Below are positions 13,174 to 39,213 of a DNA stretch of 64,000 nt, one piece after another (positions within the stretch are counted from its first letter, which is position 1; each line of letters begins with the position of its first letter). The stretch is from NCBI GenBank assembly GCA_002633005.1, contig NMRA01000002.1:1453919-1517918 (forward strand), written 5' to 3'. The position numbers and the translations under genes are program-made. This DNA is from Phoronis australis (Eukaryota > Animalia > Phoronida). Below the pieces are notes generated by a model. It was not told where the DNA came from and did not search any database. It was given only the letters and a program-made list of their open reading frames with translations.

Positions 13174-16100
13174 ATGGCCGCTCAGGCAGCGAAGGTTGCT
13201 ACTTGGAATGCCAGTAAGTCTAGTTGTTGTTCACTACTTCCTAAAATGTTACGACACTGTTATTCTTAATCCACATTGTTTGTTCTGTGTGGTATACTTT
13301 CCTTTCAGTTCAACCAAAGTTTCAGGCAATTATGTAGGCTTACACAGACTATAGCATAGCTCATCCACGCACTTCACTTGAATCTTGACTTGAATCCACC
13401 ACTGACTGCACCAGGCAGTGCCAGTGGCCAACACACTCACTGTAATAAGATTGGACACTAAAAATCAGTATGCTCAGAATTTTCTACTCAAATATGTATG
13501 GACCTCTACAAGGTCCGTGTCGTACAAATCTTTGAATACGTGTTATATGGTGCCTTTTCTGAGTATCACCAGTCTGAAGAACACAACCTTTAATTTTTTT
13601 CTTAAAAGGAAACATGCTGTAACCAAGGGCTAATAATATACAGCATGGTCATCTACAGGTTCTCAATCACTCTCTTGCACACATTCACCAGTAAGGCTGA
13701 GCTCAGAGGAATAGGAGACATCTTTGTGCAATGCTTGAATGTCAGCCAGTGAAGCCAGGATTTGAACCCAGGTCTCTCATGCGGGAGTCCACTGAGTCGC
13801 ACTGTCTCCTTCGCCCATCAAGCAGGAGACCAAAGTGCTCATGTACCACCAACTGCCAAACATCAGACTAGATTGGTAATTTCGGGAGAACTCTGACAAT
13901 ACCCACCCACAATATATGGGCTTTCTTCACTTGGTCATCATCAAATTGCCTTTTTTGAGTAAGTGAATTTGTGGACAAAAATCTCACCAACATCAAAATC
14001 ACAAATTCAAGGAGGCTGCTTAGTGATGTCGTGGCAGACGGCCTCCGCATACATCCAAGTTTTTGACGGATGCTCGTCTGTTTTGGCGCACTCTTTACCA
14101 TCAATTCCTAACTTACTAGTGGCTCATTAGAAACTTTGTTGTTCGACAGTAAACATGGGTGGTAACCAATGACCAAGGCGATGATACGAATATTATTGAG
14201 TGCACATTTAACCTCTACATAATGTAATGTCATTTCAGATGTAATTAAACTTTGATTTTGTAAAAAATGTAGGTTGTTCACAAGTGAAGAACCAAGGGTT
14301 GCTGACAAGTAACCTACTGTGTAATCTGACAGTTGTCGATATGTGTTTTAATAAAAAACGCCGCAAAAATTCCCGTTTTAGAAGGTACAGGCACCTTTCC
14401 CCTCAGGGGTGTGAGGGCCTGCTGACAGTCACTGTCCAAGCTGTACTCACAAATTCTCTATATAGTTTACACCAAATGTTCTCCAAAGACTAACTCAAAT
14501 GTCTAAGCTAGATTCTAGCACCAAAGTTCACAAATATTCAGCACAAAGCTTTGTAGTTGATTGCTGGTTCACTCAAAACCTAAAAACACATCTTTATTCC
14601 AACACAACAAGAACAAAGGAGACTGAGCACACAGGCCCAGTGGACAAGCCGAATATCACCATCAGGCCCCCTGATTGGCCAAAACAATAGGCCAATTAGC
14701 CACAAGAGGAGTTCATGTAACAGCCAATTAGGCAAATCTAACAAACCTGACCTGAAAGGTCAGAGGTCACATGTGTGTCAATTACAGTGTCCACGACACT
14801 ATTAACTTGTAGATTAAATGATAAAATGAGCACAAGAAGAACTAAATTACACATAATCGCTTAGGTCAACGCCAAGTCTCTAAATGAAATCATGTTGCCA
14901 AAACTGAAAATCCCAGGTGGCCGATGTACCATAAAAATATCGACTAAAAATAATACCTCTTTTTAAGTAATTGTTGATCTTATATTGCACCTTTCTTTGT
15001 TCTAGTGCCGGCATGGCGCCTTGCGCTCTCAAAGTTTTGCTACAACAGGTCATACTATCCGCAACTAGGTAAGTGTTTGTCATCTGTTCTATCCTGTCCA
15101 TCTCATGACTGTAAGCATAGATAGATCCCTCGTCGTGTGCTTAAGTCTTGACCAGTTTGTGCACATTATCGTTTACTGTATCTGCTGTAGCTGCTGTATC
15201 TGCTGTATCTGCTGTATTTGGGTTACGTGGATCTCGTGTGAACTGATGTTTGTAACAAAACCTGGATTTGCCTGATCTTAAGTGGTGTTCAAAGTAAATT
15301 GGTAAAGTTTTGGAAATCTTGCATCAATTTCGCGTGGAAAATAAATACCATAACTGCATTTTTTCTATCGGTCGGATTACATAGTTGAAATGCTCTTCAT
15401 CATATGATTCATGNCACTCTCTCGCACACATTCACCAGTAAGGCTGAGCTCAGAGGAACAGGAGACATCTTTGTGCAATGCTCGAATGTCAGCCAGTGAA
15501 GCCAGGATTTGAACCCAGGTCTCTCATGTGGAAGTCCACTGAGTCACACTGTCTCCTTCGCCCATCAAGCGGGAGACCAAAATGCTCATGTACCACCAAC
15601 TGCCAAACATCAGACTAGATTGGTAATCTCTGGAGAACTCTGACAGTACCCACCCACAATATATGGGCTTTCTTCACTTGGTCATCATCAAATTGCCTTT
15701 TTTGAGTTGAGTGAATTTGTAGACAAAAATCTCACCAACACCACAATCACAAATTCAAAGAGGCTGCTTTGTGATGTCATGGCAGACGGCCTCCGCATAC
15801 ATCCAAGTTTTTGACGGATACTCTTGAAGCAATTCCAATAGTTTGTTTTGGCAACTCATTAATTCCTAACTTACTACTGGCTCATTAGAAACTTTGCTGT
15901 TCGACAGTAAACATGGGTGGAAACCAATGACCAAGGCGATGATACGAATATTATTTGAGTGCACATTTAACCTCCACATAATGTAATGTCAATTCAGATG
16001 TAATTAAACTTTGATTTTGTAAAAAATGTTGGTTGTTTACAACTGAAGAACCAGGGGTTGCTGGCAAGTAACCTACTGTGTAATCTGACAGCTGTCGATA

Positions 16101-19100
16101 TGTGATTTAGTAAAAACGCCGCAAAAATTCCCGTTTTAGAAGGTACAGGCACCTTTCCCCTTAGGTGAGTGAGGGCCTGCTGACAGTCACTGTCCAAGCT
16201 GGACTCACAAATTCTCTATGTAGTTTATATCAAATGTTCTCCAAAGACTAACTCAAATGTCTGAGCTAGATTCTAGCACCAAAGTGCACAAATATTCAGC
16301 ACAAAACTTTCTAGTTGATTGCTGGTTCACTTGAAACCCAAAAACTCATCTTTATTCCAACACAACAAGAACAAAAGAGACTGAGCACGTGGGCCCAGTG
16401 AACAAGCCGAATATCTCCATCAGACCCCCTGATTGGCCAAAACAATAGGCCAATTAGCCACAAGAGGAGTTCATGTAACAGCCAATTAGGCAAATCTAAC
16501 AAACCTGACCTGAAAGGTCAGAGGTCACATGTGTGTCAATTACAGTGTTTACGACACTATTAACTTGTAGATTAAATGATAAAATGAGCACAAGAAGAAC
16601 TAAATTGCACATAATTGCTTAGGTCAACGCCAAGTCTCTAAATGAAATCATGTTGCCAAAACTGAAAATCCCAGGTGGCCGATGTGCCATAAAAATATCG
16701 ACTAAAAATAATACCTCTTTTTAAGTAATTGTTGATCTTATGTTGCACCTTTCTTTGTTCTAGTGCCGGCATGGCGCCTTGCGCTCTCAAAGTTTTGCTA
16801 CAACAGGTCATACTATCCGCAACTAGGTAAGTGTTTGTCATCTGTTCTATCCTGTCCATCTCATGACTGTAAGCATAGATAGATCCCTCGTCGTGTGCTT
16901 AAGTCTTGACCAGTTTGTGCACATTATCGTTTACTGTATCTGCTGTAGCTGCTGTATCTGCTGTATCTGCTGTATTTGGGTTACGTGGATCTAGTGTGAA
17001 CTGATGTTTGTAACAAAACCTGGATTTGCCTGATCTTAAGTGGTGTTCAAAGTAAATTGGTAAAGTTTTGGAAATCTTGCATCAATTTCGCGTGGAAAAT
17101 AAATACCATAACTGCATTTTTTCTATCGGTCGGATTACATAGTTGAAATGCTCTTCATCATATGATTCATGATTTGTGCACAATTCAAATAATGCTTGTA
17201 AGGGTCCGTTTTTTCATTTGTTCAGAAACTTCATGCCTTTGGCAATGGCAGAGATGACTGTGGGAAATATGAAAAAAGTCTTGCTATTTTTTATTTTTAG
17301 ATGCTTGGTACACTGGGTCAAATGCGAACCAAGTATATGTTGTTTAGTGACTGCTATAAAACAAAACATGCAGCAAAGTGTGAAAAAAAGTATTCTGACT
17401 GTTAAACTTGCTCTGAAAAGTGAAATTCTGCTGGACCAAGAGATTTTATGTGGATGTGACGAAATGTAACGAACCTGAAGAGCCAAATGTGCATGTTAGA
17501 ACAACTGTAACACGAAACTTTGTTGGAGTTTTACTTTATTTTTATTAAAGAATTGAAAACCTGTTTTTTGTGTCATATTGTACTCTACACTGATGATTTT
17601 TTTGCTAGAAAACATTCATGGTTAAATTGTGGGTATATTTTTGAACATATGCGCTGCCTTATATTAAAAGGGAATGCAACAGATGACGATATATTCAGTA
17701 TTTAATACAGGTTCCTGGTAAATCTTGGAGATACGTTTTTTCTTGTTAATTGCTTTTCCCCTGACGTGTACTTAATGATAATCTGGCATTTCGCCGTGTC
17801 AATCTCGTGCTTGTGGGGCTCTGTAACCACAAATAATCCATCCTAGAATCTCCATTTCATTGTTGGTTTCAATCAGTCTCCCCGGCACATACTTCATGTG
17901 TTGTGTGCTACAATGTTCTGTTGACCTATTTCAATAGGTTAGTAGTTAAAACTCCCATGACCTAGTTTCACTTGAGGCATTGTATCATTGAAAGTGATAA
18001 CTGCTAAACAAGCTCATGTCTTCCAGGTCTAATGACTCATGACTGTCTGTATGAGACTCCGGAAGTAGAGGAGGCCATTCGACGTATGCCAGAGAAACTT
18101 CAGAATGAGCGACTTCAAAGAATTACAAAGGCACTCCACCTCAGTGGCAAAAAGATCATTTTACCCAAAGACCAATGGGTGAAGTATGAAGATGTAAGTC
18201 ACGCAAGTTTATCATGTTGAGCAGCTGGAATATAGGCCTTACGTCAGCCAGGTTTGCATTTAGTAATGCTAATACCTTGTGAGTTTGGCGAGATGTGTCA
18301 GTGTTTGTGGATACTGTCGTTTATTACAAGCAAATCGCTCAGTCTGACTGGCGAGTAACAAAGACTGAAACATAGACGTGAACATAGTTGCATTATCATG
18401 GTGCTTCCTTTGTGTCTAAACTCTGGAATGGTTAAGGCTTGCTATAATGAGTACTGAATCACGGTAGACTCGCTATAATGTAGACTGAATTGTGTTTTGA
18501 ATTTGGATTTATGTTGTTGTTTTGCTCTTAGTGTCTCTAGCGTAACGTGATAAAATACATTTTGCACGAGTGGGGCTATCATCAACGAGTCTACATAAGG
18601 ACAGACTCGTGCATATTCTACGTACTACCTTTAAGGTCTAAATAATGGCCACGTAAACGTTTTGATAAGTTAAGAATTTTGAGCGTTTATTTCTCTAATA
18701 ACCTGGACACCTACATCGGTGGAAATCAGAAACTAGTAGATAGAGAGATGAGCTAGGCTGTGGTCCGGTGAGCAGAAATCAACCACATCATCCGCAAAAC
18801 ATGGTTGTGATGAGCTATATTTTGAATGTCGCTTTTTAGTTTAACATAATTGGCAACAGAAATTTGTTTTCGGATGAATTGCGCAATCTTTTTAAGGAGT
18901 TTAAACTTTCACTATGTTGGAAATCGTACAAGTTTTGATTCACGAAATAGGGAGTGTTAGCTTGACGTAACAGACCATGTGCCGAGTGCTTTGGCAGCTG
19001 GACCCATGCTTGCACCATGTGCATTAAAACAAAAATCAGAAAAATGTCTCCACTGCATTAACAGGCTGCTGTAAAAATTTGTCAGGTCCTTTGTTTTGTG

Positions 19101-19223
19101 TGCTTTCCTGGCACTTTTGTCTTAAGGTGTGGTTGTTGCTTGCAGGATATTCCTTACATGAAACCATACTTAGAGGAAGTGAGGCAAGAGTTTAAAGAAA
19201 AAGCCCAGTGGAATAAGAAGTAG
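13174..19223 (+). CDS. UQCRB: Cytochrome b-c1 complex subunit 7, 4 coding exons
   Basis: Exons 13174-13213 (MAAQAAKVATWNA), 15006-15068 or identical copy 16764-16826 (MPAWRLALSKFCYNRSYYPQLG), 18027-18193 (LMTHDCLYETPEVEEAIRRMPEKLQNERLQRITKALHLSGKKIILPKDQWVKYED), 19146-19223 (DIPYMKPYLEEVRQEFKEKAQWNKK*). Phases are consistent and the QCR7 motifs are characteristic. Confidence 0.95.
13668..13812 (-). mobile_element. Degenerate tRNA-derived SINE-like fragment
   Basis: B-box-like GGGTTCAAATCCTGGC on the minus strand near 13754-13769; no intact cloverleaf. Confidence 0.4.
13668..17171 (+). repeat. Duplication across a single N (13668-15413 vs 15415-17171), includes UQCRB exon 2; probable haplotype overlap
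   Basis: The junction between the copies is the N at 15414. Confidence 0.9.
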
Positions 19224-19384
19224 CCAACACTGTCACTGTGTGGAGTGATATTGCATTATTTATCAACTATCGTGGTTTGCTGCATGTATTAGAATGGACC
19301 AGATTTTGCTGTAGTGCTCAAGTGATCAACAGTAGTTCTGGATTTGTAACATTTGAGTGGTAAATACACCAAGCAGGCAACAAT

Positions 19385-19390
19385 AATAAA
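19385..19390 (+). promoter_or_regulatory. Polyadenylation signal of UQCRB
   Basis: AATAAA about 160 nt after the UQCRB stop codon, followed by T-rich sequence. Confidence 0.65.
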
Positions 19391-21562
19391 CTGTTATTTG
19401 CTGAAATTCTCTTTTCTATGCATTGTCAAAAGTGCAATTTTGCATTGTCTATAGGGCAATTACAAAAATTTCAGTTTTCGATGCCCCATGGAATGCCGTC
19501 TTTGAAAAGGTTTTTTGATGCCGGTTTTGTGGCGGAAACTTTTGTATTATTTTTAGTACACCGAGTCAATGTTCTTAATCACATATCATGGATTGGATGG
19601 AGATCATACATGTATGTGAATCACATCAGTGGGAATATTAGTCGCTATGTACAGGATTTATTCCAGTTTCAAATTTCCTATTCCAACTTGAGCTAATTAA
19701 TGTTGTGTATAAAAGTGAATCCCTCCCTTAAGTTGCATTGATCCCATCAATAGAGGGCATTGCCACGCTGGTTGGCCAGTTCGTAACTGGTGAGTGTTAA
19801 AATTAATGGTACAATTTGTTACGTAATGGGGACAAAGTTCAAAGGTCGTTCAGGTGTACAGAACTGTTGAAGCTCTTCTTGATGCCTGCCACCAGAACAA
19901 TGTTTCATTCCCAGCAGCCGGGTTGGGATAGATTAAGCGGCTATTAACTCATGTTTCATCGAAGAAACTGACTACTTACCACTCTAAAAGGGGTCTGAAC
20001 GTGTGCCTAACTCATTTGAGACATGATTTCTGGGATTGCAAAAACTGACATTAGGTTATTGCAAGAGACCCTGCTGATTACACAACTCGGCATGTAGAGC
20101 AGGGACTCCAACAATGACAAGGGAAAATAAAAAGCAAAAAAACTATCAATTATTTCATTAGTTTATATACATTTCACAACAATGGCATTCAAAAACAACA
20201 TTCATCACAAAATCTTGCACCGACTCGCTGAGTCTACATTGCACACACCAGGCTTATAAGTACTCAGCCTTCACATAGCACTTTTACAAAAATACATGTC
20301 AAAGACATTTTATCATTACTGTCCCATCAATAAACGGTGAAATCTGACCAACAAAACAAGATTTCCAAATCTTCACATAAGACCTAACAATGGAGGCTAA
20401 GCATGCAAGTTAACTTTGGCACCGAAATGAGTGAACCTTGAACCACTGTTTTAATTTTTCAAATTGGTTATGTTTCTTGGAGACCCACATCCTCAACTGC
20501 CACATATACATCAAGTAACCATGAATAAAATTTGTTAACGTGAACTGGGCAGGTTCCGTAGACGTAAAAGTCTCTCGAAGGAAGCTAGTGTCACCACGTG
20601 TTTTGGTTGCAATACATGGTGATATCTTACAAAGTCTTGAGTTTTCACGAGGTTCTCGCTTTTACGGAATGCATGTCTTTTCTTTTGTGGTTCGTACTTT
20701 TTGTTAAATCAGGAACACACACACATACACACCACTTTTCACAACTGGACTAACAATCGGAGTTATAAACCTGGAACACGTTCACTAAAGCCAGTGTCTT
20801 GAAAGTTCGGCAAGACTACACTAGAGAAACGCAAGATCTTGCTCTAGGTAGCATGAAGAAATCAGTTGACCCACCTAGTCAAACACTAACAAACTGGTCA
20901 TCTCTGATATTGATTGGACGGCTACAGGAGTGTAGAATCACATAACATAACACTGTAACAAAAAACTTTTCTGCTGCAAAAGCCTGAATCAGGGCTTGGA
21001 ATAACCAATGACAAATAAGGAAAAATTTCCACGTGATATATCCTTCCACAGATATGCTTGTCTGATAGAAATATTACTTTGGTTGTAAAATTTAACTGAA
21101 ATAAACATTTTTGCTTGAATAGTCAAAATACTGATAAAAAGAAGAAACTGGAAATCAAACGTGAGGAAATCAAAACCAAAAGAGGAAAATTCCAAGCCCT
21201 ACTATTTTGCCACAAGTATCTCGCGAATGATGAATGACCAGCCAAACTGAACGCACCCCGGAACTAAACAGTCGCAGAACCTACTTCAACCGACCATTAC
21301 TTCACCAGTGAGTCGTGAACTGGTACCCCACACCTAATTATGCACAAGTTTCATGCAGATGCGACTACAACTGTGACATGAAAAGAAACACTACTAGAAG
21401 TACTAATCATAATCTGTACATACACATGTGGATGAACATGTTGAGGACAGTGGTGACATGTGCTATACATAACCAGCATCTCGTTGTACATTTTTCAGAA
21501 CAAATTGGAAGAGTTTCCAAAAAATTTCTTCAATGCCAGAGTTCTGTGGAGACACTGCCATA

Positions 21563-21669
21563 GCAATAGTCGGATATAACGCGCGTCTTTCGAGAACCAG
21601 TTTGATGCCCATTATTCAGTGGAGAAAACTGTTTCTCAAAAGTTGGGCATGCTATATCCGACCATTACC
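21563..21669. mobile_element. Short ~105-bp hairpin MITE, dispersed family
   Basis: Ends GCAATAGTCGGATATA / TATATCCGACCATTAC; core GAGAACCAGTTTGATGCCC.TTATTCAGTGGAG.AAACTG recurs at 34436-34543 and, inverted, near 46600-46687, 52700-52770 and 61680-61750. Confidence 0.75.
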
Positions 21670-21834
21670 CACTACCACTGCAGTGATAAATGATGCACTA
21701 GAATGAAATGACAGTATACAGCAAGATGACCTAATATGTACAATCTACACTAATGTTTGCATTGATCATTTTGGCATGCATCGACTGTGACACGTTTGGA
21801 TAACTTATTTATCCACTTGTTCATCTTAAGAGAC

Positions 21835-22271
21835 CTGTGCCTGGTTGCATAAATTGCATAAAACAGTACCAATAGGGACTCGTCTATGTTCCCTAAATTT
21901 TTAGTGCATTTGTTGACCTTGTGCATACACTGACTTCATCTATTTTATCTTCATCGCCATGTCACATTTTACCTTTGATACATTATGAGAGGAAATTACA
22001 AGTTCAATTTTAATGTTACTGAAAATCAACAGGGATCATTCAATGCAACGTCCATAATTAAAAGCTTTACGTTATTTACTTTCATCTAAATAAGAGCTAA
22101 GTATTCATACATATTATTAGAAAATGTCGCAAGTAAAGGAGGAGTTCACAATAAAAATACCATGATGGGAAAACATCACATTAGTAAATAAACAAAGTCT
22201 GTAGATGCGCCAAAAATTTAGGGAACATAAAAAGTTTGTTGGCTACGGGCACTTTGCACAGCCAGGCACAG
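21835..22271. mobile_element. MITE with long imperfect TIRs
   Basis: CTGTGCCTGGTTGCATAAA..TATGTTCCCTAAATTTTTAGTGCATTT is inversely matched by AGATGCGCCAAAAATTTAGGGAACATA..TTTGCACAGCCAGGCACAG. Confidence 0.75.
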
Positions 22272-22618
22272 ATTGTACCGTCTCACTTCCACCCTATCAC
22301 TGACAACACTGAGGGGAGCACAAAAGATACTGACACTAACTATGGACCCGGTGTCTTAACCTCTCTACTCGAAACTCGATTTGAAAATTAACCGACTGCA
22401 CAAACTTACAAGTTTGTACTTGAATAGTGTGGTGTGACGAGTTTGAGTTTGGAGATTAGACCCTGAGCCTTGGTTACATTATCAAATTAACAATCATATG
22501 AAAACGAAAAAAGTCACCAGGTTACTTCATTTTCACAGAATTCGCGTTAACTAAATCGTACAAACACACAAGCACCTTTAGAAGCAGGTGAACGAGTAAG
22601 TTCCTTTCTGTGTGCAGA

Positions 22619-22680
22619 CTGTATTACTCTATTAGTGACTGTGATTCACTGTATTACTCTATTAGTGGCTGTGATTCACT
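22619..22680 (+). repeat. 30-bp tandem repeat x2 in the PI4KB 3' region
   Basis: CTGTATTACTCTATTAGTG[A/G]CTGTGATTCA twice. Confidence 0.85.
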
Positions 22681-22993
22681 ACTGCGTCAGCCATAGAGGG
22701 AGCCACAATTGGGAGGATCACAGACATGAGATATGGCAGGAACACGCACATTCAGTCACTCCCAAATGTATCTCTCTTGTCAAATACTGTAATCTACTAA
22801 AAAGCACAAAAGCTTTTGTCGACAAGAGTTCGTACATAATTCATTAGGAGAAAACACAAGGCGACCGAAAGTCTTAACCATCAATACAGAGGTTTTCAAC
22901 ACGCATCCATCTTTAGGCAAATTACAGGAGACTGGCGATTCGACATGCGCACAAGCATGATCGTACACGTGAACATGGGACTCGGGCACGAGA

Positions 22994-35476
<12,483 letters not shown>

Positions 35477-38400
35477 CTTCGTCCCTACATTCTCAGGGAA
35501 GCATTTCCTGTACACGTGTGTAAGGTTGTTGACTGATACATCATCTGGCCTGAAACACGATAATAATCATCTATCAACAGAATATTTAGAACATTTCAAT
35601 TTAGAAAATAATAAGTGTTTATGAAGGACATTTTGCACTTTTCCAAATCCTTACATGTGTAATGCATTTGCCTATAAATACAAGAAAGTATGCAGGCAGA
35701 CAAAATACGACCTGGAGAGCAAGAATGTTGCTATGACAACTAAAGTGTGGGAATTCTGGGAGGAAGATGACGCTGCACTCTATGACATGGAGGTGAGATA
35801 AAGAAAAAAATCAATGGAAAACAATTTTACATCTTGAGCCAAGTGGTCAAGACATTTAGACCTTGTGCAGCAGACCAGGGGCAAGCATATGTTAGAAAAT
35901 GCAGGGCACTTGTGGACCATGCGATACTAACACAGCCATGGCTACGTATGGTACTACTGTAGATCTAGGCAGTAGACAAGGCATTTATACAGGGGAAGGA
36001 AACAAATCCCAAACCAACAACAGAATGCCACAAGAGGCAGAATCAGAGCTGAGGGTGGTTGGAAAACAAGGAACAACTGGTCGTTTTAGGTTCAAGGAGG
36101 AAGAACAAGGAGTCATTGTCCATTTTAGTTTTGAATCACAGCACATAAGCTATTATCTATTGGCAGACAGTAATCATCAATCATTCCCTGTCTCTTGCAC
36201 ACACTGGAGTGGCACACCTTGGAGCAACTCCACCAAACTCACTCTTCAGGAATGAAACTGTAGATTGAAAATGGTGGATGCTATATAGTTAAAACATATC
36301 ATGATTGAAATAGTTTTCTGTTTTTATTAAATTGTTTCAATGAAAACAAAGGAACAAATATTATATAGTTTCCATAACCCTATTTTTAGTTTTTGAGGTT
36401 TAAGATCGTGTATAGTAAATGGATACCATAAAATGGAATTGAATCAACACTTGTTTTGTAAAATAAAAAATAAAAATTGAAAATCTAAGTAAAATAGGTC
36501 AATTTTCCGTCATTTAATGTCATGGGTCGTACACAGTATCTTGACCTTGCCCAGCAGTCAGCTTCTGCCACCAGTGGAGTGGAAGTTGTTACCAAGGTGA
36601 TACAGCCATGATAAACATGGAAATGTTGAAAATACAACCTGGCAACCACTAAACATCATAGATAAAGTAGAAGGTGTTAGTGTTCTCCACAGCCCGTTTC
36701 AACTTGTCACAGCGTTGAGTTTGAATTAGATGTAACAAGACTGGCTTACTTGCTTGAGTTTGAAAACCTTTGCAACGAGTTTGAAGTATTGGGAGATTAC
36801 GCCTTTCTTAAGCAAGGACATTTTGGACTTTTGATAAAAGTTCAATAAATTGTTATCACTAACATACTAACTCCCCATAGTATGGACATGAACTTTCAAA
36901 AGGAAACGTACATAAATTCAGTAATTCCAGACCAGTCTGGATTTTTTGTTGTGGAGTACTTTAAGTAACAATTTATTTAAGTTTGGTCAGTCTTTTCGAT
37001 TCCGACACAGCTTGAGTTTTTCCACCTAAGGTTCCAAGGAATTAAGGTCAACAACACAGGTTTTGAAACTGGGGTGAAAATTATGTGGAAGACACGAGAG
37101 TCGTACTGTAGTATTAATCGATTTCCGTCAGTCTCCTCGTTGAATTTGATTCCCCCGCTGCCAATTGTCAAGACTGCCAGTTGGAACCGTAAGTCAACCT
37201 TAACTTGGAATTGTTCAAGATTTTTCAGAAACTGAAGTGTGCACCCATTTGCCACACAGATATGAATTTAATTGCCTCGTTGAGTGAACTCTACGAACAT
37301 TTTTTCACAATTGGCTCAACTCCATTGCTGTTGGGCGGACTTTAATAATTAAAGCTGTCTTCCACCTACGAAGTAAAACCAATTTTTAATTCTCAAACTT
37401 TCACATTATTTTGCAAACAAACTTTCCAAAAACACCCTTATTTAATTCACAAAAACACTTGTTTAATCCATAAAAACACATACAACACTGCATTTAAGCA
37501 CTTTGACCATCATGGGGACTGTTTAAAATGCTCTAAACAACACCACAGTGACAATTTACAGCATAGCACAAACTTGATAAAGCTAAGTGTTGACCACATC
37601 AGTGCAACTATGACCATGACCTGTCAAGAGAGTTATTGATATAACCCCCAGAGCTTTCACATTAGCTTGAAAAAACAGAAAGAGTCCAAAGGGCACATGA
37701 CTCAACCTGGGTTGTGCCTGGTGAACTCCATGGTTTTTGTAAAAACACAAACATCCAAAGCCTGCAGGAAAAACTTCTAGCAAGTACCGTACATCTGCCA
37801 TCTCTGGCACACAGTCCGCAATGACTGTGCGGCACTTGACATCAAACATCTGACTGTATTCTTGTGAAAACATTTTTATTCTGCTCCCATTTTTCATAGT
37901 TCAATTTTCATTTCGTTAACATACTCCATATTTTGCCCACACTACATTATAATCACAGGTGCTGTTAACTACTGCTGCCCTACTTTAAACCTTCCAATCT
38001 TCACAAATCCCTGTTCACCCTACACATACCCAATATATTCTATTGTTACCAGATCTTGTAGTACAATAGGACCATTATCCATCATCCCACAGAGTAGAAA
38101 CAACCTCTTAGGCCATGCACCCACTCCAACAGCCTACAGGCTTTTGAAGCAGACTGCCAAGGTGGTTGAATGTTACAGTACCAGGAAGCCACAGTGAGAA
38201 ATGAGGATGTCACAAGCCACAGAAGTCACCCTCCACACTTCTCTGTTCCTTCAAAACAAAGCATTGGGAAACCTTCCAGTCAGTATGGCAGCAGTAAGGC
38301 GTCTCAAATTAAACCATCGTCTTCCTTGTTGTTCACTTGGATGTTCCTGGTTTTTCATTTGCGCACAATATTTGGCAGACTAAGTCATCAAATAGGTTGG

Positions 38401-39213
38401 CATTTTTGATGCAATAGTTATTCTTTAAAAAGTCATTGTGAAAGACCAGGATGGCAAACATCCCAAAATCTAAGCACCCATTGCTAACCTCACCTAAAAA
38501 TGTCTTTAATTTAAGTTAGTTAATTTTAATGTCTCCTCGTTTCAGTTCATTCCTGAAGTACAAAGAAAAAAGTAAACTCCATTCAAGTTCTTACTAGACT
38601 AAAATAATAACTTAATAATGAAACAAGAATGTTGTGGCACTAAATTACTACATTTAATGCAATTATTGGAAGGAATTCTACTTATTTTTTTGTTCATTTA
38701 TGCCTACGGTGTCTTGCTTGATGCTAGGACATTGAAACAGTATCATTAAGAAAATAAATATCCATAGTTCCTAACATTCCAAAATGAAAAGATGGGACAT
38801 CTGGATCTAGGAATGGCACAAGGGAGAGACAATGATAGTGTAATTCTTAGAATTGCAAGTCCTCGTGCCTGTGAAATAAAACGGGGAAATGGGCAGGAAC
38901 ACAGATAAAAGCATAAAAACAGTCAGGCGTTAACGTATGCAGGACCTTGTCAACAGGCCTGTGTATTTTGCCAAATAATAACAAAACTGTAGATTTTAAC
39001 TTGGTAAAATTATATTAATTTCTGAAAGTAGAACGCCTGAAGCCAAAAACAGGACAGTTGGTAACCATGGACTTTCTATTAGCAACCAAGAAACCTTTCT
39101 GAAATAGTACACTCCAGCATCAGTGACATGTCTATAAGACATCATTCCTGGAACAGTAGTAATAATCAGAGACTGAGTGTTTAGCCATAACACAATGAAG
39201 TGTTTTTGTCTAA

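Noticed and set aside
419-17171. Three local tandem duplications as genuine structural variants
   Set aside because: Each has a copy ending exactly at an N or N-gap (1245, 6961-7039, 15414), typical of unmerged haplotype contig overlaps.
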